From: a virus
Taxonomy: Duplodnaviria > Caudoviricetes
Strand: one strand, 5' to 3'
Length of the DNA stretch: 38,465 nt
IMG/VR virus record: IMGVR_UViG_3300044983_000082
Span: 1-38,465 of that record
Position numbers and translations under genes: made by a program. This document shows, in pieces, positions 1 through 8,693 of this stretch. Each line of letters starts with the position of its first letter. Within the stretch, counting starts at the first letter, position 1. Below the pieces are notes generated by a model that was given only the letters and a program-made list of their open reading frames with translations, was not told where the DNA came from and ran no database searches.

Positions 1-270
1 GACCGCACGTCGCACGAAGTCTTCAGCGTCCGAATCGACGTCGAGTTCCCCGGCCGCACCGACTGCATGAAGGACATGGCTCGAACCGTCGAGCACGAGA
101 TGATCCACAGCGTGCGGCGCTACCTAGACCAGGGCGACGAGAACAGCGGCCACTCTCTGACCGGCGTGTTCCAGGCCTACGCCAACGACCTCGACAACAA
201 GCTGAACGAGGAATCTCTACTGGCCGTCTGCAAGGCCGTCGACTGCAACGAGTTCAACCCCGAGGAGTAA
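1..270 (+). CDS. 5'-truncated protein with HExxH motif, SprT-like zinc metallopeptidase domain
   Basis: Frame open from base 1; EHEMIH followed by GH...F, the SprT-type pattern. Confidence 0.5.
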   Translation, partial: DRTSHEVFSVRIDVEFPGRTDCMKDMARTVEHEMIHSVRRYLDQGDENSGHSLTGVFQAYANDLDNKLNEESLLAVCKAVDCNEFNPEE

Positions 271-271
271 T

Positions 272-427
272 ATGGAAGACGAACAACTGGCCGAGTTCGA
301 GACCGAGATCACAGAGAACGGTCTGGACCATCGCGAGCACATTCGCCACGTGCTGAGCCTGATCAGGGAAGTTCGGAGGCTCCGAGCCATCCTGACCGAG
401 CTGGGAATTGAAGTGGTGCCGGAGTGA
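272..427 (+). CDS. Hypothetical protein, 51 aa (MEDEQLAEFETEITENG...), not in ORF track
   Basis: GAGGAG SD at 262-267, ATG 272, TGA 425-427 overlapping the next GTG start. Confidence 0.7.
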   Translation: MEDEQLAEFETEITENGLDHREHIRHVLSLIREVRRLRAILTELGIEVVPE

Positions 428-1296
428 GAATCAGCGTAAAGCAGATCAACCAATTCGGCGCACTGCAGCGCCCCAGCATCGGCGGCTGCCCGCGGGCGTG
501 GGGGTTCTCCTACCTCGACCGCATCAAGCTCGAATGGCTCGCGCCGCCGTTGGTTGACGGCATCAAGTTCCACGCCTGCATGGGCTGGCTGGTCGCATCC
601 GACAAGATGCCGCCACCGGGGCAACTGCAGGAGAACATCGCGCTGACCGAAGCCGAAGTTCTACCCGAAGGGCACTACGGCCGTATGTGCCGCAGCGCTC
701 TGATTCACCTCCCGCGCCGGGACTGGGCCCTGACGCCCCAAGCGAGAGCGATGGGACTCGGCTGGAAGGTCGAGGGCGAGTACCTGTTCCCCTGGAAGAC
801 GGAGCCGCACGGCGTCGTTGCAGAGATCGATCTGCGCCCCGACGTGCACAGCGACAACGTGGGGCCGATGGTCTTCATCGACTGGAAGTCGACCAGCGAC
901 AAGCGCTATGCCCTGAAGTCTCTGCAGGAGGACGTGCAGGCGAACCTGTACGCCTACGGCCTGATGCGGAACTTCGGCAAGGTGTGCGTCTCTGCTCGCT
1001 GGGTCTACGTCAACAAGAAGACCTACGAGAGCTGGCCGGTGGATCACGAGTTCAAGCTCCACGAAACGACCGAGTGGATGCATAAAAATGTTGACGCGAC
1101 CATCGAACTGATTCATACCTTCAGAGACGCGAAGCTGAAAGCCCTGGACCTGCCAGGCGACATCGAAGCGTGCGGCGGAGTCGGCCGCTTCTGCGACCAC
1201 AAGGATCGCTGTCTGATCGGCCCCGTTGGGGCTCTCCCCTCTCGACTCGTAACCCTGCAAGAGATCGTTCGATACAAGGAAGGAACCAAAACATGA
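424..1296 (+). CDS. Cas4-like / RecB-family PD-(D/E)XK exonuclease
   Basis: N-terminal CPR, EIDL, IDWKS, QANLY and C-terminal C-x6-C-x5-C Fe-S-type cysteines. Confidence 0.85.
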   Translation: MRISVKQINQFGALQRPSIGGCPRAWGFSYLDRIKLEWLAPPLVDGIKFHACMGWLVASDKMPPPGQLQENIALTEAEVLPEGHYGRMCRSALIHLPRRDWALTPQARAMGLGWKVEGEYLFPWKTEPHGVVAEIDLRPDVHSDNVGPMVFIDWKSTSDKRYALKSLQEDVQANLYAYGLMRNFGKVCVSARWVYVNKKTYESWPVDHEFKLHETTEWMHKNVDATIELIHTFRDAKLKALDLPGDIEACGGVGRFCDHKDRCLIGPVGALPSRLVTLQEIVRYKEGTKT

Positions 1297-1649
1297 AGCC
1301 CTCTGCATCCTGGCAATTCTCCTCGCGCGCTGCTGACATCGACGTTGGGCGCATTCTGAAGGAGGCCGGCACCGTCAAGGAAGTCGTCCGCCTGACCGTC
1401 GGCGGGAAGGTGTTCACCATCGCACCGCGAATCCTCGCCGACCGCCACGGCGTGACCTCTCAGGCGCTCGGCGTCCTGACGGTGAACACGAAGTTCGACA
1501 ACACCTACAGCGACCTGCGGGTGCTCGGGCTCGACCCGACGAACACGGCCATCTGGAGCCCGAACCGCGCGCACGAGTGCCTGATCTTCGATCAGGACAT
1601 CGCGAACAAGCTCGTCCGCTCTGTCGTGACCAAGGTCGAAACGTTCTAA
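1293..1649 (+). CDS. Hypothetical protein, 118 aa
   Basis: ATG 1293 overlaps upstream stop (ATGA), AAGGAAGGA SD; coding-like codon usage. Confidence 0.75.
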   Translation: MKPSASWQFSSRAADIDVGRILKEAGTVKEVVRLTVGGKVFTIAPRILADRHGVTSQALGVLTVNTKFDNTYSDLRVLGLDPTNTAIWSPNRAHECLIFDQDIANKLVRSVVTKVETF

Positions 1650-1681
1650 CGAGCCCGCCATGGGCAACAAGGAAAAACAAC

Positions 1682-2257
1682 ATGGGACTCAAAGACAGCT
1701 ATCTGAAGGCGGCGGGGGGTGCCCCCGCTGCTGCGGCGCCGGTTACTTCGGCCTCGACTCCGACTGCCGCTCCTGCGGCGGTAGCGGCCGCGCCCGTACA
1801 GACGACGGTGGCGCCGCCCGCGGCTGGGGGTACTCGCGACCTGGCCGCGATGCGAGCGAAGCTGGCCAGCCGCCAGTCGGGCGGAGTCAATCCCCCCGAG
1901 GCGGCGGCGAGCCAGACGGAGGCTCTGTTCGAGCCTCGGACGAAGGAGGCGCCCGACGGGACGGCGGTGCCCCTTGTCGATGCCGAGCCTGTGATCGCCC
2001 CTTCGGAGTCGGTGTCGGCACCTGCCCCGGAATTGGCTGTCCTTACGCGCGGGCAGAAGGCAGCCGCGACCCGAGCCAAGAACAAGGCTGGCGCAGCTAC
2101 GTCCCCGCCGGCTTCGTTGACTCCGGACGAACCCCCCGCTGCTGGCAATACTGCGGATTCACCTGCCGCGGAGTCTGTAGCGTTCTCGCTCCGTGACGTC
2201 CACACGGACGATCTCCTGGCCGAGATCTACAAGCGCGTTGCGGCGAGGTTCGCGTGA
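1682..2257 (+). CDS. Ala/Pro-rich, probably disordered protein
   Basis: AAGGA SD then ATG 1682 (MGLKDSYLKAAGG...); low-complexity linkers, basic RGQKAAATRAKNK patch, C-terminal helix. Confidence 0.75.
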   Translation: MGLKDSYLKAAGGAPAAAAPVTSASTPTAAPAAVAAAPVQTTVAPPAAGGTRDLAAMRAKLASRQSGGVNPPEAAASQTEALFEPRTKEAPDGTAVPLVDAEPVIAPSESVSAPAPELAVLTRGQKAAATRAKNKAGAATSPPASLTPDEPPAAGNTADSPAAESVAFSLRDVHTDDLLAEIYKRVAARFA

Positions 2258-2466
2258 GCTCCCGGAGCAGGATGAAGGTCGGGCGCCAGCCGCTCGCCCC
2301 TCGCCCCACCATCGGACGACACCTGCGGCGCGTACTGCGCGCGGCAGCCCGACGGGAGAACGGCAGCTTCACGGCGCTTTGCCTTGCAGCTCCGGCAGAT
2401 CCCGTGCTACGTAGACTCCAGCGGATGGCCGCACGGCACCACAGCACGAGGAACAGCGCACTATGA
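2254..2466 (+). CDS. Arg-rich hypothetical protein, 70 aa
   Basis: GTGA and ATGA overlaps with both neighbours. Confidence 0.55.
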   Translation: MSSRSRMKVGRQPLAPRPTIGRHLRRVLRAAARRENGSFTALCLAAPADPVLRRLQRMAARHHSTRNSAL

Positions 2467-4058
2467 GCAGAATCAGCGACCTCCGACGGCGAGACTGGAC
2501 GACGGACGACCCGTCGGCGGTCGCTGAGCTCTCGTGCGCCCTGAACGACCGGGGCATGCAGCTCCGACCGATCCAGGCCATGTCGATTCGAGAATGCCTG
2601 CAGCTGGGCGGCGTGTGGTGCGCCGCCCGCGTGGGCGCCGGCAAGACGTTGATTGCAGGGCTCCTGGCCACGCTCTACGAGGACGAACGGCCGCTCGTGT
2701 TGGTCCCGGGAGGCCACCAGGAGAAGACGGAGCACGAGTTCGCCGGCTACCGCGCGCAAGGCTGGCAGCTCTCCCACAAGATCCAGGTCGTCACGTACAA
2801 CGACATCGCCCGAGACGTGGACGAGAAGCTGTTCCGCAGCTACCATCCGGGCATGCTGATCGCCGATGAAGTCGACAAGCTGCGCCGCGTGCAGCCCGGC
2901 GGCTCCGGCACGGCCGCGCGCGTGGCCCAGTGGATGGCCGCGTACCCCCGCACCCGGTTTGCCGGCATGAGCGGGACCATGTTCAAGGAAGGGCTGCGCG
3001 ACTACGCGCACGTTCTGCGCTGGGCGTTGAAAGACGCCGCACCCGTCCCCGAGCTCTCCCAGGACATCGGCGCCTGGCACAAGGGCCTGAAGGGCGAGGA
3101 AGTGCACTGGAAGAAGATGCGCGCCCAGCTCGGGCTCGCCGACACGGCCGACGTCTGCCAGGGATTCCGAGAGCGCCTCTGGTGGTCGCCGGGCGTCCTG
3201 ATCTCTGTCGACGTGTTCGACGGCGTGCCGCTGACCATCGAGCGCGTTTCCTTCGACGGCGGGACCTCGGAAGCCCTACTTCACCTCTACGAGACCGGCG
3301 AGACGCCCGACGGCCTCGACACCCTCTACGATCCGGCCGAAGATACGGACGCAGGCGAGCAGGGCCCGGGGACGACCTGGGCGGCCGAGCGCCAGCTGGC
3401 CCTCGGGTTCTACTATCGCCCTGACCCCGCGCCGCCCCAGGATTGGGCCAGGGCGCGTCGCTCTTACTTCCGGTGGGTACGGGCGGAGATTCTGCGCGGC
3501 GTCTTCAAAACCGAGCTCCAGGCCCGGCGTTGGGCCATCAAACACGAGTTGAAGGAGTGGCTCCGATGGGAAGCTATCCAACCTACGTTCGAGCCGCGTT
3601 TCGTGCCTGTCTGGTTGAACGGCCGAGCAGTGGAATACTGCCGGACCTGGGGCCAGGATGGCGGCATCATCTGGACCGATCACAGGGCCTTCGCCGAGCG
3701 CCTGTCTGCCGAGACCGGCTGGGCCTGGTTCGCCGGTGGGGGTCGCGATGCGGCTGGACGCATGATCGAGACGTGTACCGACCGGACCATCATCGCATCG
3801 CGGCAGGCGAACGGCACGGGCCGCAACCTGCAGCGCTGGTCGCGCGGGCTGGTCACGGCGATGCCGGGCAATGGGCGCGATGCCGAGCAGCTTCTGGGGC
3901 GTCAGCACCGAGACGGGCAGACCCGGCCGGTGGATCTGTCGGTGCTCTTTGCGTGTCGCGCGCACGCTAACGACCTGCGGAAGGTAATGTTCCTGTCCGA
4001 GCAGGAGGAAAAAGAGATGGGGCGGCGCAACAAGGTGTTGACCGCCTCCTGGCGCTGA
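2463..4058 (+). CDS. Superfamily 2 DNA helicase
   Basis: Q-motif LRPIQ, Walker A ARVGAGKT, Walker B LIADEVD, motif III MSGT, motif VI QLLGRQHRDGQ. Confidence 0.9.
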   Translation: MSRISDLRRRDWTTDDPSAVAELSCALNDRGMQLRPIQAMSIRECLQLGGVWCAARVGAGKTLIAGLLATLYEDERPLVLVPGGHQEKTEHEFAGYRAQGWQLSHKIQVVTYNDIARDVDEKLFRSYHPGMLIADEVDKLRRVQPGGSGTAARVAQWMAAYPRTRFAGMSGTMFKEGLRDYAHVLRWALKDAAPVPELSQDIGAWHKGLKGEEVHWKKMRAQLGLADTADVCQGFRERLWWSPGVLISVDVFDGVPLTIERVSFDGGTSEALLHLYETGETPDGLDTLYDPAEDTDAGEQGPGTTWAAERQLALGFYYRPDPAPPQDWARARRSYFRWVRAEILRGVFKTELQARRWAIKHELKEWLRWEAIQPTFEPRFVPVWLNGRAVEYCRTWGQDGGIIWTDHRAFAERLSAETGWAWFAGGGRDAAGRMIETCTDRTIIASRQANGTGRNLQRWSRGLVTAMPGNGRDAEQLLGRQHRDGQTRPVDLSVLFACRAHANDLRKVMFLSEQEEKEMGRRNKVLTASWR

Positions 4059-4066
4059 GCTAGGTT
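4038..4066 (+). promoter_or_regulatory. sigma70-like promoter TTGACC-N17-TAGGTT
   Basis: Hexamers at 4038-4043 and 4061-4066, exact 17-nt spacer, upstream of ORF 4108. Confidence 0.6.
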
Positions 4067-4107
4067 TACTGAGCCGGGCAAGACCGGCAGAAAGCAGAGA
4101 ATGAGTT

Positions 4108-4590
4108 ATGGCACTAGATCTGAACGACCCAAAGGCGATTGACTACTCCTCGAAGACCCCGCTGTTTCCGTTTACGGCTTACGGCACCTTCAAGCTCGCA
4201 CTGCTCTCGTACATCGAGAGCGGCCCCGCGGGCTCGGACACCAACAAGGGCGACAAGGAGTTCGACCTGGCCCTGGCGCGAGTGGAAGAGAGCACCGACC
4301 CGAGCATTCGGCCCGGAGACGTATACGGCTTCTTCTTCCAGACCGGCGGCGACGGGATGACCGTCAAGAGCCGGCCCTACAAGGCAGCGGCCCTTCGCGA
4401 CTTCCACAAGGGCGTGCTGGGCATCGACGCCCGCGACCGTACGTTCGACGCGAACGCGGCCCGCGGCACGATGCTGACCGAGGACCTGTCGAGCGGCGAA
4501 AACGCCGTCCGCCTGAAGACCTCGAAGGGCAACGAGATCGAGGGGAAGCCGGGCGAGTTCTACCGGAACGACCTCTGGAGCGCCGCGTAA
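4108..4590 (+). CDS. Hypothetical protein, candidate ssDNA-binding (OB-fold-like) protein
   Basis: 160 aa, beta-rich with aromatic residues, located in the replication module with its own promoter; function is inference. Confidence 0.5.
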   Translation: MALDLNDPKAIDYSSKTPLFPFTAYGTFKLALLSYIESGPAGSDTNKGDKEFDLALARVEESTDPSIRPGDVYGFFFQTGGDGMTVKSRPYKAAALRDFHKGVLGIDARDRTFDANAARGTMLTEDLSSGENAVRLKTSKGNEIEGKPGEFYRNDLWSAA

Positions 4591-4604
4591 CCCCCAGCTG
4601 AGCC

Positions 4605-4658
4605 GGGCGGGGTCCCGCGAGCCTTCGGGCACAGACGGACCCCGCCCTCCTCGGAGGA
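4605..4658 (+). other. Intergenic stem-loop with internal loop and UUCG cap, plus small hairpin over the next SD
   Basis: GGGCGGGGTCC (4605-4615) / GGACCCCGCCC (4637-4647), inner GCC-TTCG-GGC; then TCCT-CGG-AGGA covering GGAGG. Confidence 0.55.
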
Positions 4659-4662
4659 CACC

Positions 4663-4863
4663 ATGAAGAAGCCGAGCCCCCAAGCAAGCAAGCAAGCGTG
4701 GGCCCAGTATCGCGAGTGGGTGCGCGAACAGCTGAAGGACTGGGACCCAGCAGACGACCGCGGTTCCCCCACTGACTACGTCCCCCGCCACAACGGCGTG
4801 TTCGCCGAAGGAATCGAGAATGCCTCAAAGCAACATGTCGGCCCCTTCTCCACAGACGATTGA
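4663..4863 (+). CDS. Hypothetical protein, 66 aa
   Basis: GGAGGA SD, ATG 4663. Confidence 0.6.
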   Translation: MKKPSPQASKQAWAQYREWVREQLKDWDPADDRGSPTDYVPRHNGVFAEGIENASKQHVGPFSTDD

Positions 4864-5146
4864 ACCCCCTCTGCATCCGATCCAGCTCGTAGAGCTGTGG
4901 TGCCAGATTGCCGAGGAGGCCGGCGCCGCGGGAGCAGAGGGCCAGGCCGAAGTGCTGACGCAGTGTGCGACGGCGCTGGCGACCTGGATCAGGTACGAGG
5001 GCGTCCACGCGGTCATGTGCATGCCGCAAGCCTACTTCCGCCTGATTCACGCCGCGATGGGATACGACCCCGAGGACCAAGACCGAATCGACGACCTGCA
5101 GGAGCTGATCCAGGCTGCGGTCGCACTGAAAGGATCGACCCAATGA
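4820..5146 (+). CDS. Hypothetical protein (start uncertain)
   Basis: ORF with coding-like codon usage; stop overlaps MTase start (ATGA). Confidence 0.65.
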   Translation: MPQSNMSAPSPQTIEPPLHPIQLVELWCQIAEEAGAAGAEGQAEVLTQCATALATWIRYEGVHAVMCMPQAYFRLIHAAMGYDPEDQDRIDDLQELIQAAVALKGSTQ

Positions 5147-5697
5147 ACCGAGATATCCCGATCACAGCAGAGTCGGACGTGCGCGAGACCCCCGATTCGC
5201 TCTACCTGCCGCTGGATGCAGAGTTCCGCTTTGATCTGGACGCCTGCGCGACTCACGCTAACGCGCGGTGCCGGCTCTACTGGACCGAGCAGGGGCTGGG
5301 TAGCAACGGCCAGATCATCGCTCCCGGCGACGGCCTGACGGGCACCTGGGAGGGCTCGCGCGTGTGGTGTAATCCTCCGTTCAGCGACATCGGCGCCTGG
5401 GTCAACAAGGCCTGGTTTGCCGGCGCTGAAGTAGTCGTGATGCTCGTCCCCGCCACCCGGACAGAGCAAGGCTGGTGGCATGAGTACGTCGAGCCGTACC
5501 GCGACCGGCCGCCATCGAACGACGGCTTGCCGACGTTGACCACGCGCTTCATTCCGGGCCGCGTGCACTTCCTAGAGAACGGCCACCCTATCTACAGGAA
5601 AAAGAAGGATGGGACCTTGTGGACGGACCCGATCAGTGGCAAGTATCAAGTGAGCAGTCCGAAGTTCGGCTGCGTCCTCCTGATCTTCAGGAAGTAA
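5143..5697 (+). CDS. Phage DNA N6-adenine methyltransferase (phage Dam family)
   Basis: ETP...FDLDACA SAM-binding segment, VWCNPPF catalytic motif, VVMLVPA; start 5143 with AAGGA SD. Confidence 0.9.
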   Translation: MNRDIPITAESDVRETPDSLYLPLDAEFRFDLDACATHANARCRLYWTEQGLGSNGQIIAPGDGLTGTWEGSRVWCNPPFSDIGAWVNKAWFAGAEVVVMLVPATRTEQGWWHEYVEPYRDRPPSNDGLPTLTTRFIPGRVHFLENGHPIYRKKKDGTLWTDPISGKYQVSSPKFGCVLLIFRK

Positions 5698-5722
5698 CAC
5701 AGAGTTTCCGAAAAGAGGCGTT

Positions 5723-6136
5723 ATGGTAAAGTTCATGTTCCTTCAGAAGTTGTTCCTGACCAAGGCGTATCTGGCCACCCTGACGGACGAGCAGGTCGCC
5801 ATCGGAGCCCTCGGCAAGCACCGAGCGCTGCCCTACCTGAACGAGCGCTGCGACCGAAACTTTGCGATGGCAAAGAAGATGCTCGCCGAGCTGCGCGCCA
5901 CCGCGGAGAAGACCCAGCTCGTTGTCCCGGCCTACATCTACCGGAGCGAGTGTGCGGCCCGCACGTACGCCGAGCGCCGGCTGGGCCACTGGGTCGACCG
6001 GGCAGTCGCCGCCGAGGACGACAACGCGAAGCTGCTCGACCAGATCGACAGCCTGCGCAATGAGCGGAACGAGCTCCTGGACTGCGTCCACGATCTGGCG
6101 CAAGCTCTGAAGGCAGTCGCACCCGCAGGAGAGTAG
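5723..6136 (+). CDS. Hypothetical protein with C-terminal coiled coil
   Basis: GAGG SD; heptad pattern LLDQIDSLRNERNELLD. Confidence 0.7.
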   Translation: MVKFMFLQKLFLTKAYLATLTDEQVAIGALGKHRALPYLNERCDRNFAMAKKMLAELRATAEKTQLVVPAYIYRSECAARTYAERRLGHWVDRAVAAEDDNAKLLDQIDSLRNERNELLDCVHDLAQALKAVAPAGE

Positions 6137-6142
6137 GAACCC

Positions 6143-8146
6143 ATGGATCCCGTCGCGCTAGACTTCGAGACTTGTTGCTTCGCGCCGGGAATGATGGCGC
6201 CCCCGATTGTGTGCGCCAGCACCTATCACCCCCAGGACGGTCTGCGCTTGTGGACCACGGAGGAGCTGCCCGGCATGTGCGAGCGGCTGTTCTCCGAGCC
6301 CGCGCCCGTCCTGGGGCACGGCTTCGCTTACGACGCCTGCTGCATGCTGGAGGAGATGCCGGAGAAGATCCGCAGGCTGCTCTGGGAGAAGTACGAGCGC
6401 GACGAGATGCGCGACTCTCTGACGACGGAGCGGATCATCGAGATCGGCACCGGCGTCCGAGGCAAGCTGGCGCTGGACGAGCTGGCGCGTCGCTACGGCA
6501 TCTCGGTCCAGAAGTCGATTGTCCGGACTGACTTCGGCCGCTACTACATGCAGCCGATCACGGCGTACTCCAAGGAGCACCGGCGCTACATGGGGGGCGA
6601 CGCCGCCGAGCTGTATACGTTGTTCAAACGGCAGTGGAACCGCGGCATCGTCTCCCAGCGCGACCTCGGCGACCTGATGCGGGGCGACCTGTGGCTCCGC
6701 CTGAGCTCGAACTACGGCATCCGGACGGACCCGTCGCGCGTGCACGAGCTGGAGCGCTCGACGCAGGAGGAGGTGGACGAGCTGACCTGGGTCGCCCAGT
6801 GCCTCGACGGCGACGGCGTGCCCCTGCCCGACGTGGCCCCGCTGATGCGCGGGAACATCTGGACCAAGGAGGGCGCCCCCAGCGACCCGACGAAGTGGTT
6901 CAGCCGCGACATGAAAGCCATTAAAGTGCGCGTTTCGGCTGCTTATGGCCAGAATAATATCCCCCGGACCGACAGCTGGGACGCCGGGCTCGACCGCCAG
7001 GGCCGCCAGACGGACCCCCGAGGTATCCCGGGCACAGAGGAGTTCGACCCCCTGTGGGCCATCAGCTGCAGCAAGATTGCGCTGGACGAGAGCGGCGACT
7101 TCCTGCTGGAGCAGCTCTCCCGCCTCGGCGAGCTACTGGCCGTCCGGAACAAGGACGTCAAGATGTTGAAGGGCGGAGTCTACGCCCCGATCCACACGCG
7201 CTACGGCTACGCGGCCACGACCAGGACGACCAGCTCGGCCCCGAACATTCAGAACTTCCGCAAGAAGCGCGGCATCCGAGAATGCCTCATGCCGCGCGAG
7301 GGCTGCTGCTTCATCGAGACCGACTACCCGTCGCTGGAGCTGTTCACCCTCGCCCAGGTCTGCGCCTGGAAGCTGAACCGCTTCGATCTCGTCAAGAACA
7401 TGAACGAGGGCAAGGACTATCACGCCGTGATCGGTGCGGGCATCCTCGGGACGACCTACGAGGACGTGATGGCGCGCAAGTCGTCCGACCCCCGCGTGAA
7501 GGCTGCTCGCGACTGCGGGAAGTATGGGAACTATGGCTTGTGCGGGTACATGACCGACCCGGCAACCTTCGCGCTCTACGTGAACCTGGGCTCGCGCACA
7601 GACGAGAACCCGCACGGCGAGCGCTGGACCGTCCAGCAGGCTGCCGAGGTCATGGATCTGTGGAAGCGAAACGCGACTGATCCTGTCGCCTTCCTGAAGT
7701 ACGTCGACACCCTGAAGAACTCGGTCGGCCTCTATGACGTCGAGATCCCTGGTACTACTATTGTGCGCCGTGGTTGCACTCGAACTGCGGCAGCGAACAC
7801 GCACTTCCAAGGCCTGGGCGCGACTGTCGCGCGGCGTGCGGGCTGGCGCATCGCTCGCCGGCAGTACATCGAGCGCGACATGCCGAGCCGGACGGTCGTG
7901 TTCTGCCATGATGCGTTCTTGGCGGAATGCAAGATCGACGACCGGGACATCGTGGCGGCCATCCAGGAGGAAGAGATGGCCAACGCGCTGAACGAGATCT
8001 GCCCGGCGATGCGCATCGTCCCAGAGCTGAAGGCCCGGGGGCTGAAGAACGTCACCGTCATTGACAGCGCCGCCCAGGACCACTATTCTAAGTTTGCCAA
8101 GTCGAAGCGCGACAGCGCAGGAAGGCTAATCGTCTGCAATGTCTGA
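6143..8146 (+). CDS. Family A DNA polymerase with 3'-5' exonuclease domain
   Basis: ExoI LDFET, ExoII GHGFAYD, ExoIII YMGGD, TTRTTSSAPNIQN, motif A DYPSLE, motif B RDCGKYGNYG, motif C CHDA. Confidence 0.95.
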   Translation: MDPVALDFETCCFAPGMMAPPIVCASTYHPQDGLRLWTTEELPGMCERLFSEPAPVLGHGFAYDACCMLEEMPEKIRRLLWEKYERDEMRDSLTTERIIEIGTGVRGKLALDELARRYGISVQKSIVRTDFGRYYMQPITAYSKEHRRYMGGDAAELYTLFKRQWNRGIVSQRDLGDLMRGDLWLRLSSNYGIRTDPSRVHELERSTQEEVDELTWVAQCLDGDGVPLPDVAPLMRGNIWTKEGAPSDPTKWFSRDMKAIKVRVSAAYGQNNIPRTDSWDAGLDRQGRQTDPRGIPGTEEFDPLWAISCSKIALDESGDFLLEQLSRLGELLAVRNKDVKMLKGGVYAPIHTRYGYAATTRTTSSAPNIQNFRKKRGIRECLMPREGCCFIETDYPSLELFTLAQVCAWKLNRFDLVKNMNEGKDYHAVIGAGILGTTYEDVMARKSSDPRVKAARDCGKYGNYGLCGYMTDPATFALYVNLGSRTDENPHGERWTVQQAAEVMDLWKRNATDPVAFLKYVDTLKNSVGLYDVEIPGTTIVRRGCTRTAAANTHFQGLGATVARRAGWRIARRQYIERDMPSRTVVFCHDAFLAECKIDDRDIVAAIQEEEMANALNEICPAMRIVPELKARGLKNVTVIDSAAQDHYSKFAKSKRDSAGRLIVCNV

Positions 8147-8693
8147 CCCTATCCCCTACGTTCACGCAGCCCCCGCCCGCATCCCGCAAGAGGACGCACG
8201 GCGCAAGGGCGCTCCCATGTATCGCGGCCTGCTCGGGTACTTCCCGGCGGCCCTGTTTGAGGTCGCCGAGCACAGCCGCAAGTCGAACGACAAGCACAAC
8301 CCCGGCGAGGAGATCCACTGGGCCCGCGGCAAGTCGGCAGATCACGAGGACTGCATCGTCCGCCACCTGATCGACGCCGGCAAGCGCGGGCAGAAGGATC
8401 GGAAGTATCACCTCCGAGCCCTCGCCTGGCGCGCGCTGGCGATGCTGCAGGAGGAGTGCGAGGCCGAGGGCGCCGAGCCGGGCGTGTCGTCGGTGTTCCC
8501 GGACGAGCCCGCGCCGCCGAGCCCAGCCGCTCGGAAGTTCGGCGTCTTCTTCACCGGCCTAGCAACCGACACCAAGCAGGACCCCGCGGCGCGCAGCCAG
8601 GAGTTCCCGGACGACTACGAGAGCCGCGAGGCTGCGCTGGCGGCCGTGCCGGAGTACCTGCGCGAGCAGTATAGCATCTCGGGGCTGCCATGA
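8139..8693 (+). CDS. DUF5664-type dATP/dGTP diphosphohydrolase-like protein
   Basis: RK..P...L..FP.AL.EVA.....KH...W......D...RHL...HL..LAWRAL pattern of this family. Confidence 0.7.
   Translation: MSDPIPYVHAAPARIPQEDARRKGAPMYRGLLGYFPAALFEVAEHSRKSNDKHNPGEEIHWARGKSADHEDCIVRHLIDAGKRGQKDRKYHLRALAWRALAMLQEECEAEGAEPGVSSVFPDEPAPPSPAARKFGVFFTGLATDTKQDPAARSQEFPDDYESREAALAAVPEYLREQYSISGLP

Noticed and set aside
424-1296. CRISPR-Cas locus suggested by the Cas4-like gene
   Set aside because: No repeat-spacer array or other cas gene found; solo Cas4-like nucleases are common in phages
8139-8693. 2-aminoadenine (Z) genome pathway
   Set aside because: No PurZ or HD-domain DatZ in the window; a DUF5664-type gene alone is not sufficient, and an adenine MTase is present
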